This document shows, piece after piece, positions 42,313-56,560 of a DNA stretch of 64,000 nucleotides. The translations under genes were made by a program, and so were the position numbers. Within the stretch, counting starts at the first letter, position 1. The number at the start of each line of letters is the position of its first letter. The notes beneath the pieces are model-generated. The model was not told the DNA's origin. It ran no database searches and worked only from the letters and a program-made list of their open reading frames with translations. The DNA is taken from assembly GCF_036321535.1 (NCBI RefSeq), contig NC_087437.1:49044001-49108000 (forward strand), given 5' to 3'. This DNA comes from Camelus dromedarius. Lineage: Eukaryota.

Positions 42313-44259
42313 ATAAGTAAACAAAGGAGTTAGTTTGGACAAGGGATAAGATATCTGATCCTCTAGGAACCAGTGACAAATTTTCTTCTGTATTTCCTGA
42401 ACTTCTTACAAAATGTATTTGAGATCTGAAATTACCCAGAGCCTGTAGTGAATAAAATTGCTGTATACGTCAGCACAAAATGTTCTGACAATCTTATTCC
42501 TAGGTACAAATAGGTAAAATTGCAGAACTCTGTAAAAGAGTTAAAGGAATTTCCTGAAGAAATTGCAAACTAATTCTGTCACTTTTTTTTGGAGAATTTG
42601 GTGGATCTTACTCCGAGCTACTTTCACAATACCCATAGCAACCTTTGGCTTCATATCTTTCTTTGAATTTAACCTGCCCTTTCTACCCTCTATCCTTTAC
42701 TCTAGATTTCATTTGAAGCTCAGAGAAGTCAATCTGTAAAATGTTTCCGAAGTTTTAAAAAAATGTTATTCCTTATGCTTCTCAGTTGACATTGGCTCAG
42801 AGCATGTAGGGTTAATTTAACAAAAACATTAGATGGCTCTTCCCTTGGACACCTCAGTTGATGGGAATGTAATTGCTTGTTAATTGGTTAAAAACATTCC
42901 AGTGTTAATGAGGAAAGGTGGCTGAATAATTCACTAAACTCTCTCCCTCCTTTTTCTTTCTTTCTCTTAGACATATTCTTTCATTTCAGAGGATTATAAG
43001 CATTGTTTATTGTAACTAGTGACCCACTATTTTTAAAACTCAATATAGGAAAATAAATACATGGTAAATTATTAAAAGCTTTCACTTTTCACAAAAACAA
43101 GTGATGGTTTGCTCAGAACAGCAAACATGTCTCTCTTTTTCCCTAACCTGTTGCTAATCTTAGTTTACTTTTCTCCCTGTTGTACAAGGAAAGACATTGC
43201 TAGTAGATGTTGTTAATTTTTAAATTAAACATATGGGAAAAGAATCCTGATGGATGCTTTGAGAAAGAGCTGTCAGCAGATGATTGTTGTCATCCTCATG
43301 TCTGTCTGCGGGACTGTCTCTACGGCCGTGTTAAAGGATTCTAAGTGGGCTTTTCCTAGGATTCACCTCAGTGGCTCATCTGAGAACTTGAGTCTGAGAG
43401 TAGGTTTAGAACACTTTTTTGATTGGAAGTGGGAGCTGAAGGGGCCATTCTGACTTCTCTAGCCTCCAATGGGCAGAGGTCATACCATTTAAAACACTAA
43501 GAGCAAGTTTCAGATGGCTATAAAAAACTGACATGCAGACTCCAATGTTGAGGTCACCACTCCTGTGCTCACCAGGATATGAGTCTCACACCCTTTGCAT
43601 CCTAGCTCTGTGATCTGATCCAAATCTCTTTATTTCCCTTGGGCATCCTCCTTAGGCTTTATAAGCTTCAGTAAGCTGCAGATGTTGATGCTTTTCCTAT
43701 GTCCCTACACAAGGTTATAGTGTGAATTGGATGAAAGAACTTTGTGTACCACATAGAACAAAACAGCTCTTAGTATTATGATTAGGACTAATCTTAGTAT
43801 TAGTACTACTGTAGTTAATTAAATTAGAGCAATAGGTTAAAAAGTTGAACTTTACTTAATTGCAGAATTAGCCTTAGTTACTTGATTGAGTAGACTTTAA
43901 AAAGTGTTAACAGTACTCCTTTTAAGCAAACTGAATAGGACAGAGAAATGGACCAGGGAAAAGGTAAGACTTAGAAGTGCCAGAGCCCATGACAGTACCT
44001 GATGCTTAAGATGTGCAGCTTGAATGAATGTTCTGGGGAGATATTTAAGTTACCTTAACTTTATACTTTTTTCCACATTTAATATAAGCAGGATATATTA
44101 ATTTGAAAATCATTAACACTGCTGTTTAAAAGAAAACACAAAAGCAAAAACTTAGAAAATGAGAGCACCATAGAGATAGCTGGGGATAGTAGCAGTGATT
44201 GGTAGAGGAGGAGACTTGGGGAATGATTAAAAGAGCTCACATTTTTTGGACACTTTTGT

Positions 44260-44470
44260 GCTAGTGAGTTGTGCTCACTGTGAGAAGTGCTCTATATAGT
44301 TTATTGTAAGTTTAATCCTCTTACTGAGCGTAAATGGTAGGTGCCAGTATTATCCCATTTTGTAGATCAGGAAACAGGCAGAAGAGATTTTCAACAGATA
44401 TCCCAAGTCTTATAGCTGGCTGGTGGCCAAGTTGGTGTGGCTCTAAAATCTGTCCTCTTAACACTGAGCT
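44260..44470 (-). mobile_element. MIR
   Basis: TATTATCCCATTTTGTAGATCAGGAAACAGGC. Confidence 0.7.
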
Positions 44471-45767
44471 ATGTTAACTTCTGAGATGATGTGGACAACT
44501 TCCCATCTTGAAAGTAACATTTAAGAACTGTCATTCTAAATCCAAGAAAGTATAGAAACAGTTCAAAACAGCCCACCATATTTAGCTTACTCATTAATCA
44601 ATGAACTATGCCTTGAACCCCAATGTCTCTTCCTTCAAATATCTCTTCCTTCCCTCTAAGCTACATACCATATGTCAGGTTACTCTTGTAACTTGCTAAA
44701 TTATCCAACAATCTGATGTTTCTAGCTTTTCCCCAGGTAGCAGTGTGCCTCTGGTTTCTCCTCCTAGAGCTTTGAAGGGGCTAGACTTGGCTTGCCTCTC
44801 TTTGTGCCTATGTCCTTCTCCCCAGCTCAGGGGTGCACCAAAATCTTTTGTAATTAAGGAGTACCTCTTTAAGAAAATGAGTACACAATTACAAATGGAA
44901 AATGAAATAATCAATGTTTATTTAAAATTAAAAAAATAACAATAGATTACCTTTTTAAACAGCCAGAAAATACCTTAACACCTTGCATTACTAAGGTCAC
45001 TGTCAAGACTTTGCAAATGACCCATGTAAGTAAGAATGCCTAAACTGTGAGAGTCACTATCTCTGCCCCAGCTCCTTCCTCAGAGCATTGTTGCAACACA
45101 ACCTTTGTCAGCTCCTCCAGACCTAAAGGAAAGAACAGTGGTGAAGGGCTTTACTTTTGGTCTCATAAACAAAACAAAATAAGAAGTTAATAATTAAAAA
45201 GTAAGCAAAACAAACCGAACATAAACAAAGGCTGGGCACAGTAAAACTTGAAAACATGGATTTGACATCAGATAACCTGGAAAGCAAGGGCAAGGCCAAG
45301 TAGCAGGTATAGTGCTATAGGCTCACCCCCCACATTGTGTGCACTGACAGAGGGTCTTCAAAAGAGTGAGTCTGAAATGCCTAAAGAGTGAGTTTGGATC
45401 CCTGTGTGTTATTGGAGCCAAAGGAATTACTAAGTAGAGAAGAAGGCCTCTAGGCTTCTCTCTGTTTTGCCTTAATTCCTCCTGAATTGACAGGGTAGCT
45501 TTTGATCTTTCTGCTACCCTTGAGCTTCAGGTGGTCAAACCAATATTGTCCTCCTGGTAAGCTTCTGAGGAGGCTGGACTTGCCTGTAAGTGAGGTAAAG
45601 TAATTCAGATTTCAGTGGTATAGAAGGGAATCAAGATTCTCTTCCATATTCCATCCTTTTTCAAACAGGCAAACAAAAAATTGAGCAACTTTTGGAATTG
45701 AGATATCTTGATCAGAAAAAATAAGCTTAGGCTACTGCTGATAGCAACAGGAAATGTTGATTATTAT

Positions 45768-48700
45768 TATTTTTATTGAAGTATAATTGACTTATATTGG
45801 TTTCAGGTATACAACATAGTAATTTGATATTTTTATAGATTATACTCCATATAAAGTTATTATAAAATATTGACTATATTCCCTGTGTTATACTTTAATC
45901 CTTATATCTTATTTATTTTATACCTAGTAGTTTGTGCCTCTTAATCCTCTTCCCCTATCTTGCCCCCGCCCCACCCACTGGTAATTACTAGCTTGTTCTC
46001 TGTATCTGTGAGCCAGTTTCTGTTTTGTTATATTCATCCATTTGTTTTATTTTTTAGATTTCACATATAAGTGAAAACATACAGTATTTGTCTTTCTCTG
46101 TTTGACTTATATCATTAAGTGTAATACCCTCCAGGTCCATCCATGTTGTTGCAAATGGCAAATTTCATTGTTTTTATGGCTGAGTAATATTCTGTTGTGT
46201 ATATATGTACATCTTCTTTATCCATTTATTTGTTGATGGACACTTAGGTTATTTTCACATCTTGGCTATTATAAGTAATGCTGCTATGAATATTGGGGTC
46301 CATATGTCTTTTCGATTTAGTGTTTTTATTTTCTTTGTATATATATACCCAGGACAGTAATTGCTGGATAATATGGTAGATTTGTTTTTAATTTTTTGAG
46401 GAGACTCCATAATGTTTTCTATAATGGCTATTCCAACTTACATTCCCACCAACAGTGTACTTGGGTTTCCTTTTCTCCACATCCTCTCCAACACTTATTA
46501 TTTGTTGTCTTTTTTTATAATAGCCATTCTGACAGGTGTGAGGTAATACCTAATTGTGGTTTTGATTTAGATTTCTGTGATCATTAGTGATGTTGAGATT
46601 CTTTTTATGTACCTGTTGGCCATCTGTATGTCTTTACAAAAATGCCTGTTCAGGTCTTCTGCCAATTATTTGATTAGGTTGTTTGTTTCTTGATATTGCC
46701 TTATATATGTTCTTTATATATTTTGGATATTAAGTCCTTAACAGACATACCATTTGAAAATATCTTCCATTCAGTACATTGCCTTTTCATTTTGTTGATG
46801 GTTTCCTTCTATGTGCAAAAGCTTTTAAGATTAATTAGGTCCCATTGGTTTATTTTTGCTTCTTGCCTGAGGAGAAGATCCAAAAAATATTGGTCAGACA
46901 TGTAAGAGTGTACTGCCTATGTTTGCTTCTAGGAGTTTTTGGGGTTTCCAGGTCTTAATCCATTTTAAGTTTATTTTTGTATATGGTGTTAGGCAATGTT
47001 CTAATTTCATTCTTTTACATGTCACTGTCCAGTTTTTCCAACACCACTTATTGAAGAGACTGTCTTTTATCCATTGTATATTCTTGCCTCCTCTGTCATA
47101 AATTAATTGATCATGAGTGTGTGGCCACGTGTATACTTCTGGACTTTCTATCCTGTTTCATTGATTTGTTTGTTTTTGTGCCAGTACTGTATTATTTAGA
47201 TTATGGTAGCTTTATAGTATAGTCTGAAGTCAGGCAACATAATATCTCTGGCTTTGTTCTTTATTCTCAAGATTGCTTTGGCTATTCACTTTTGTGGTTC
47301 CATACAGATTTTAGGATTATTTGTTCTAGTTCTGTGAAAAATATCATGGGTATTTTGATAGTGACATCATTAAATCTGTAGATGGCTTTGGGTAGCATGA
47401 ATATTTGAAAAATATTATTCAAGCTATGAATATGGGCTGTCTTTCCATTTATCTCTATTGTCTTCAATTCCCTTCATCAGTGTCTTGTAGTTCCCAGGTC
47501 TTTGACCTCCTTAGATTTATTCCTAGGTATTTTATTCTTTTTGATGCAATTATAAATGGATTTTCTTGAATTCTCTTTCTGATAGTTAATTATAACAGAT
47601 TTCTGTATATTAATCTTGTATCCTACAGCTTTACTGAATTTATTTGTTGGTTCTAATAGTTTTTTGGTGGAGACTTTAAGATTTTCTAGATACAGTATCA
47701 TGTCATCTGCAAATATGACAGTTTTACTTCTTCCTTTACAATTTGGATGCCTTTTGTTCCTCTTGTCTGATTGCTGTGACTTTCAATATTGTGTTAAATA
47801 GAAATGGTGAGAGTGGACATCCTTGTCTTGTTCCAGATCTTAGAAGAAAAGCTTTCAGCTTTTCACTGTTGAGTATGATGTTAGCTGTGGGTTTGTCATA
47901 AATGGCTTTTATTAACATTGAGATATACTCCCTCTGTACCAACTTTACTGAGAGTTTTTGTCATGAATGGATGTTGAATTTTGTCAAATGCTTTTTCTAT
48001 GTTTATTGAGACGATCATGTGATTTTTGTCCTTCATTTTGTTAATGTGGTGTATCACATCAATTTATTTGTAGATATTGAAACATTTTTACATCCCTGGA
48101 ATAAATCCCACTGGATCATGGTGTATGATTTTTTTGATGTATTATTGAATTTGGTTTGCTAATACTTTGTTGAGGATTTTTGCATCTATATTCATCAGAG
48201 ATATTGGCCTATGATTTTCTTTTACTGTAGTGTCTTTGATTTTGGTATCAAAAAAGGTAATGGTGGCCTCATAGAATGAGTTTGGAAGTGTTCCCTCCTC
48301 TTTAATTTTTTGGGATAGTTTGAAAAGGATAGATATTAACTCTTTATATGTTTGGTAGAATTCTCCTATAAAGCTATCAGTTCTGGGCTTTTGTTTTTTG
48401 GGAGTTTTTTGATTACTAATTCAATTTAACTACCAGTGATTGATATGTTCAGATTGTCTATATTCCTGATTCAGTCTTGGAAGATTGTATATTTCTAGGA
48501 ATTTATCCATTTCTCCGAGGTTGTCTAGTTTGTTGGCATATAGTATTTGTAGTATTCTCTTATGATTGTATTTTTGTGCTACTGGTTGTAACTTCTCTTT
48601 TGCTTCTAATTTTGTTTATTTGGGTCCTCTCTTTTTTTCTTAATGAGCCTGCTAAGGAGCCTGGCTAAAAAGGCTTATCCATTTTATTAATATTTTTTTA

Positions 48701-49632
48701 AAAACATCCCTCAGTCTCATTGATCTTTTCTACTTTTTTTTCTGATCTTTATTGTATTTATTTCTGCTCTGATCTTTATTATTTCCTCCCTTCTGTTGAC
48801 TCTGGGCTTTGTTCCTTTTTTTCTAATTTCTTTAGATGGTAGGTTAGATTGTTTATTTGATATTTTTCTTGTTTCTTGAGGTAGGCCTGTGTAGCTATTA
48901 ACTTCACTCTTAAAAGTGGCTTTTGGTGAGTCTGTAGATTTTAGAAAGTTTTGATTTTATTTTCATTTGTCTCAAGGTATTTTCTGATTTTCTCTTTGAT
49001 TTTTTTTTTTTTACCCATTGGTTTTTTAGTAGCATGTTGTTTAGTTTCCATGTGTTTATGTTTTTTCCATTTTTCTTCCTGTAATTGATTTCTGGCTTCA
49101 TACAGTTGTGGTTGGAAAATTTACAATTTATAATTTCTATGTCTTTAAATTTGCTGAGACTTGTTTTGTGCACTAGCATGTGATCTATTCTGGAGAATGT
49201 TCCATGTGCACTTGAAAAGAATGTGTATTCTGCTATTTTGGGATGGAATGCCCTGTAGATATATTAAGTCCAGCTGTTATAATGTGTCATTTAAGGCCAC
49301 TATTTCCATATTTAGGTGTTTTTTTTTAACTGAAGTACAGCCAATTACAATGTATCAGTCTCTGGTGTATAACACAATGTCCCAGTCATGCATATATGTA
49401 CATATATTTGTATTTTTCACTGTTTCCATATTGAATTTCTTTTTGTCTGGATGATCTATTCATTGATGTAAGGGGGTTTTTAAATCTCCTGCTATTATTT
49501 TATTACTGTCAATTTCTCCTGTAATATCTGTTAATATTTTCTTTATATACTTGGGTGCTCCCATATTAGGTGCATATATGTTCATGAATGTTACCTCTTC
49601 TTGGATTGATCCTTTTATCATTATATAATGCC
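45768..49632 (-). mobile_element. L1, about 3.9 kb, 5'-truncated (3'UTR and decayed ORF2 extending into the endonuclease region)
   Basis: Minus-strand ORF fragments match L1 ORF2: [67 protein letters not shown]. The 3' end lies at about 45770. Confidence 0.96.
49313..49417 (-). mobile_element. Younger short L1 3'-end nested in the older L1
   Basis: T-run followed by AACTGAAGTACAGCCAATTACAATG; TSD CACTATTTCCATATT (49298-49312) and CACTGTTTCCATATT (49418-49432). Confidence 0.85.
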
Positions 49633-50894
49633 ACAAAGATGTCTTTGTGTGATTATCTTAGGCAGAGTATCTCATTTACATTATAATATCCCCATAAAGT
49701 TGGAGTTTTTGCCAGTGTACACACTAGAAAATTGCAGCTAAAAAAATCAAATAACCATCTCCAATCACACATCTGTGGTGGTGACTGGGGCTGGAATTTG
49801 CATCAAGGCATTTGGCTCCATGGTCAACACTCTAACCATCAAGCTGCACCGTCAGTGACTTGCCCTAGATTATACTGCTAGTATCAGATGGGGCTATTTC
49901 CAAAACTCAGGGTTTTTTTTTTTTAATACCAAGACTGCTTAGTATAAAAAACCCAAAACAAAAAATCATGTTAGTCAGAATAGTGGGAAAAAATTGGAGG
50001 AAATAGCCTGACTCATAGCCTACCACAGCTGTGTGATCCAGGGACCTTTTAAAGTCACATGTTTTCTCTTTGGAATGGATATAATTCTTCTCCACCTAAC
50101 CCACCAGGGTTTTCTGAAACTCAACTGTAGTGAAAATGTTTTGTGAAATGAACTTCCCATAACAATTTCAAATGTTTGTTCTTAATTGAAGTTTTATACC
50201 GACCTAGTAGCATTTTAGAAGAGTCTTGAAGGCGTGGGGAGTACTTGAAACTTTACCTAGTTTACATTGGTAGCCAGGCTGTATGCTGTCTTACATATAG
50301 AACCAAAGATCAATGAATGAGCTTCAGATATGAAACAGAAATAATTTACTCCATTCGTCCCATTTATTTTACAAGAAGAATAATGTTCTAGTCTGACTTT
50401 ACTCAGAGTTGTGAAAGTATCCCTGGATGTAAGAAATTAATCCTTGGAAGTAGGCACTAGAATGATACAGCATCTAAGAATATCAGATAAAGAGCAGAGA
50501 TGGGATTTTTAAATGCTTTTCATGAAAATCCTACTTTATATTTAGCTAAGAAATATATAGAAAAATTGGTACCTTTCAGCACCAGTGCAATTACCGCCAC
50601 TGTTACTGTGAAGGCTGATGCTTGGCCAATGCCTGCAGTGGAATTAAATTAATGGAATTTATTTGTAGGCTCATTTTAAAAAATATAAAGTTGCTTTTTG
50701 GGAAAATTACAGATTTGCATATACTTTAAAATGTTTTCCCATAAATGTTACCTTTTTCTAATTATAATAAACTTTCTGCTATTGAAGATATATTTCTAGA
50801 ATAGATCAAGATGAGATTATTAGATATTTCACACTTGCTCAAAACAACACAGTGATAAAAGCAAAACTAGTAGCACTTTATAGATCAGAGAAAA

Positions 50895-51100
50895 CATTTA
50901 ATGGGTACTTATTACTTGTCAGCTCTGTGCTAATCACTTTACATATGTTGGCTCATTTAAGTACTCAAAACCACAATGTAGGTATTCCTGATATTATATT
51001 TTTGTATATAGGCTCAGAGAGGCTCAGAGAGGTTAAATAACTTGTTGAAAGTCACACAGCTAGTAAGTGTGGCCCTGAACTAGAACCCAGAGTGTCCAAA
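50895..51100 (-). mobile_element. MIR
   Basis: GAGGCTCAGAGAGGTTAAATAACTTGTTGAAAGTCACACAGCTAGTAAGTG. Confidence 0.85.
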
Positions 51101-51590
51101 TCCTTTTCTCTCTAGACTCTTCATTTTATCATAAAATAGTACTGTAACTTCCTCAAGAAGTGAGTGACACCCTTACCTACCTGCCCTTTCATCACTGCCA
51201 TTTAATTTAATTTTGCTATTCAGCATCTTGTATGCTAAGGAGATCTCTGATTCTTAAGGGGAGCCATTGATCCTTTCCTTGTCACTTCAACCTTATTTTT
51301 ATGGAGAGGTGGTTGTGAAAAACTGGAAAAAACGAGGATAATGAGAAGCTCAAAGGTATATTCTCTGTGTGTTAGAATAGAGGAGACAGGATTTTGTCAT
51401 ATTCACAGCCCCACTGTGATTCTTAGGAATATTGTTACTGAATAGAATAGTGAAATCATACTTTGTAATATTTTCGTGTTTTCTCTACATTCTACAGATA
51501 TAGTTTTTTCAAAATGGAACCAAACCAAAATCAATGTAGTGCAACAATAATAATTATATATGTGTGTGCATATATATATATATATATATA

Positions 51591-51811
51591 TAGCTGGCCC
51601 TTGAGCAACACAAATTTGAACTGTGTGAGTACACCTATACATGGATTTTTTTTTTCAGTAGTAAATACAAAAGTACTACACATTTTGTGGTTGATTGAGT
51701 CCACGTATTCAGAGCTGCAGAGACAAAGTCCTGACTACAAGTTATACATGGATTTTCAGCTGAGGGAAGGGTTGGTGCTTCTAACCTCTCACATTGTTCA
51801 AGGATCAACTC
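51591..51811. mobile_element. Tigger2-type MITE (TcMar)
   Basis: TIRs TAGCTGGCCCTTGAGCAA / TTGTTCAAGGATCAACTC; TA target with (TA)n on the left and TA(TG)n on the right. Confidence 0.85.
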
Positions 51812-54800
51812 TATGTGTGTGTGTGTGTGTGTACACACATATATTATTTATATACATTAATTGATACATGAGGTATGTAGACTTTTGCTAGGATTAATGT
51901 GATACTTCTATACAGCTAAATTTGGGGTGGGGCTTATTTATTGAACCTGACTCTAAAGTCCAAATTTATACTTGCATAAGAATTCAGCCTGGAAATCTCG
52001 TGTACGGATAGCCGTAATAGCAGTAATAGCTAATGTTTAAACAGCAATGCTTTGTGCCCTACACAGTGCTCATTGCTTTACATGTGCTGTCTCATCCTCA
52101 CTCCATCTTGTAGATGAGGGATTTTTAGAGGTGAAGGACTCTGGCAGAGTCTCACCAACTCTGAGCCCTTGTCAGGTCCAGTCTGGCTGACTTAGGATCC
52201 TGACCCTTAGCTCCCACACCATGTAGCCCTTGGCCATCAGCTGCCAAATACTGGTACATTGACAATGCATCACTTTCTTTGGGTGCTCCTCTCCCCCTCT
52301 TCTGCCACAAACAGCCTCAGATAAGGGCCCTGAAGAAAAATATCCTCCTGCCACTCTTTTTTGCTAAGTAGCAGTCAGATCTGTTGGGTCTCCCTGTGAC
52401 CATCAGCTATGTACCAGGGCTTAATGTCAAGGTGTGTTATTGAAATGCCACCTGCATGTGTTTATGTGAATATTGTCAACCAAGATCCAGCCTCTCAGGA
52501 ACACCTGCTAACAACCTGCAGTGCTGATGGCTTTGTCATTGGCTTCCAAAGTCAGTGACTTGCTGTAGGCTGGGTAATTTTCCCTTCTAACCCAGCAGAA
52601 AAGGACAGGACATAGGGAGAAAATACACCAATTTCTTTGATGCATCCAAAGTACTTTCCCAGTAGTTTACTTTTAGTACTTTACTAAAATGGAATGAGAC
52701 CTATCTGTGCATTAATGTATTTCTATACATCACTAGCAAAGAAAGTTTGGTGGTTGCTTCTTTCTGATTCTAAAAATTCTTTGAATTATTTGATGCTGCC
52801 AAATTGGTGAAAAATGGTTTTTGTGTAAGTTTGCAATCAGTTGTACAAAATAGTTTTTAAAAAAAAACCCTAAGAAACAACAAATAATATCTATACAAGG
52901 TACCAAATTACTATATTAGAAAATTTTTTAAATTTAAAAACCAACAACTTGAGTTAATGCTAGTTAACTGATGGAATAAAAACATTATTTGAATGACTGA
53001 ATAGTTTTTTTTTCTGGCTCCAGATCCAGAAGTAGGGAAGTAAGTGTCTAGCAGATTTATGGAAATTTTTGTTTCTTTGAGTCAAGGAACATAGCGCTCT
53101 GTAGAAGGATGGGCACACAACATCCAAAGTCAGGTTTGGCTTAGCAGAGCCAAAGGATTGATTCCTGCTGGGGTCACTGAGAGAGCATCTGGGTCCTCTG
53201 GGGTGGACTTTACAGAAATGACCCTGCTAGCCAAGTGGTACACTTGGGTTTTAATCACAGTTGTGCTGAAACTTAGCTCTGTGCTCTGGTGAAAATCACT
53301 TAACTCTTTCACTCTTGCCCTCACCATCTCTGAAATGAGCGAACTTCATGAAATGATACCTAAGGACTTTCTAACTAGAAAAGTCTAAGAACCTTCACTG
53401 ACCATTCACCTGCTGAAGCCTCGTGTATAGTTCTGAGGGTTAGTTTTGTGAAGGTCTGTGAAGCCTTTGTAAAAGTTCCAACTTAGAAAATAACCAAGTT
53501 TATACTGACTTTGTGAAACCCTTTATACATTTTTCTGGAAGGGAAATCTGGCCCCATGGCATTACTTAATCTTTTTTTTTTTTTTTTTTAGTAAAAGAAT
53601 GCATTACTTTGTGCTCCAGTGTCTTAAGAGGATCATGTAACTTTGTGAATGAAACATAGGCCTTACATTACAAAACCATTTTCATCAGTGTTTTTATCTG
53701 GGCATATATGATGTTATTAGCTATATAAAATGGAAGTCATTGGATGAAATGCTTTTTGACATGAATGAGAAACTTAACTTGTTTGATTATGGAAAAAATA
53801 ACAAAAAACAGGAGTAAAAAAAGGTCTGGCTTTTTTTCCCCTCTCAATAATTTGACTAGAATTTCATACTTCTTTGCACATCTATGAAAGCTTTCATAAG
53901 CTTTTTATTTTGACTGTCCCACGTGAAACTGAAGTCCTGTCTCCCAAAAATAGTCCCTGAATCGTTGCCCGCCACCAATGCTTGTACATAAATGCATGAT
54001 GTTTCGCCAGAAAGGACTTTGAATGGTATGTGTACCTCTGCATGTTTGTATATCTAGAAAGATAGAATTCCTTAACATTTAAGTGACTTCTAAACACTCA
54101 CCTATGACCTCTTTTATATGTAGGTTTTTTGACTGATGAAAAACTTAATTCTGTTGTGTCCATAATACTTCCTCTAAATAAAACCTCACAGAGTTTGAAA
54201 GAAAAATCTCACTCCTTCACAAATACTTTCAAGGGACAATAGCTGTTTTTCTGGTTCTGCAAGGCAAGCTGATACCACACTATAAGAGAAAACAGTGGAC
54301 CTAGTAAAGCAACATTTTATACCTGGAAAAGACACGAAAATTTAAACAGAGGATTTTGTCAAAAAATAAATAAAAACAAGAAGATTTTTTTAAATTTATT
54401 GCTTTTTTAAAACATATAAAATCCTTCTCCACAGTAAAAGCTTTTTGCCTCCTGCGAGAGGTTTAGAACTGTGTGGAGATAGTTACATACGCGGGCATCT
54501 CAAATGAGAGGGCACTATACGTACGTGTAATTGGTTGCTTTTTTCTTTCCCTCGGCAGTCTGTAAAAAATGTGAAAATGCTCCTGCTTCTGCCTAGCCAT
54601 TAAAAGGCAGTGCCTGCACCATACTGTGATTTGGGAGCTGAAGAAAATGGCCAGAACTGACTGATATCTGATAAACAGTAACAGGAGTCAGTTTATTGCA
54701 CCAATCGTTAAATAATGGTGCTGATTATAAGGCTGCTAACTGCAGATGCTGTAATTGTCTGTCATAAATCTTAGTCATTTGTGACAGGAGCACAATGAAA

Positions 54801-56560
54801 GGGAGCATCTGCTTGAGGGCAAATGACTTCTGATAAATATCAGCTCTACGAAAATGTACTTGGATGTGTCTCAATATTTTGGAGAGCCATTCATGTTGCT
54901 TCCACAAATGTGAAGTTATTATTGGTTTGTATTGATTTTGCCACTCTTTTTTTTTTTTTTTTTAAAGAGACAGAGTGACTCAAGGTTGAGTTGAATAGCA
55001 TCTCAGCTCTTTATCTGATCTACTCATTTTTCTCAAATGCATGTTTGAGTGAAAAAAAAATAATTGCACTTTTTTTCAGTAGATTGCTGTTCAGAAACAC
55101 AGCCTGGGAAATTCAATATGCAGCTTATAAAAAAATAACAAAAGCCAACATTTGTTGAAGGGGGAGGGAAGGCCCTTGGATTTTTACAAAGGTTATTTTT
55201 TAGAAAAGATTTTAAGTCTTAAAATGCCAATCTCTAGTGAATTTTAACTGCATGAAAATGAATTACATGTTTTCCTATTATGCCTGTAGAAAAATAGTGA
55301 ATATTATCATATTCATTATAAAAATTATCCAAATATTAAAAACCATGTAACAAGGACTTTTCAGTTTAAACAAAAAACTTGGAAAAAGTTAGTATCATAT
55401 CAAACTAATATCCACATTTTTAAAAATAGCTACTTTTTTCTAAGATATTTATTTCATATTAGGCATTTAGCTGCTACATCAAGGACATCTTAGAAGAAGT
55501 ATAAAGCAAATAGAATGAGGAAATTCACATTTCCTGTTATGGAAATTCAACCTTGTGTTGAGGTCAAACTTACAAATGTGGTGTGAAAATGGTGAGAGTT
55601 TAGGTAATTGCAGGTTATAGCTATCTATGGCTGTGGATAATTATTAGAAATATGAGTCTCTTAATAGATCTTTCCATATTAAGAAAGTAAAAGTTTTACA
55701 GTCTGTTCCATGCAATTGCTCAGTTTCGGGGAGTCCAGCTGCAGTCATCCAGGGATGGCTCAGGGTCTAGGGTTGAGAGGATGTGAGGACACATCATAGA
55801 AGGGGGGATGCACTCAGAGAGGAAATTAAAGAACAATTTTCTTGTGGCTGCCTGAACTCTTTCTTCTGAACTGCTCTGCTTCTATTTATAGCTAAGTGCC
55901 TAAGGCTGAAATACCCAGATAAAGTCGTCCATACATCCTCAGAACAAAGACTGCAGGGACTGTCTTAGTGATGGTATTTATGGTTTTACCATCTTATTCA
56001 CAGGGAGATATAGATATTCTTTTTTCTGAAAAGTCAACTCAGACTTTTTGTCCTGTTCTTGACCATAAAACAGCCTGTGCTCTTTGGATTCTCTACCAGC
56101 TCTAATTATTGTAGTACCCAGAGGTTCATGGTAATAGCATCCAAGATGTGGAACCGCCTTTAATGAATGCTTCCCTTAAAATGAATAGTCTCTGGTATTA
56201 TTGTGACTGAATTTTCTGGGAGAATATCTAAAATAGAGTGCTCTATAGTGATCCTAATTTTTAGAAAGGCAGATTATGGCAAGGGAGGTAGTCTTGATTG
56301 CTATCTTTGAGAAATAGAAGAACAGGTCCTAAATCTCAACCTTGTATAAAGACATGGGAGGAAGGGAAATATACAGAAAAACAGTATGTACCGGTGTCAG
56401 AACAAACTAGATTTGATTCTTAGCTCTACCAGGCAAGTTCTTAATCTTTCCCATCTGCCATTTTTACAAGAAGCACTATTTTTATTAATACTAGAGTTAT
56501 GAGTAAGATGTAGTATCTATAAATCACTTGGTACAGTGTTTGACACAAAGAAGACATGTT

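Noticed and set aside
47282..49179. Reverse-transcriptase/endonuclease-like ORFs as a novel RT system
   Set aside because: These are ordinary fragmented L1 ORF2 pieces with no intact frame.
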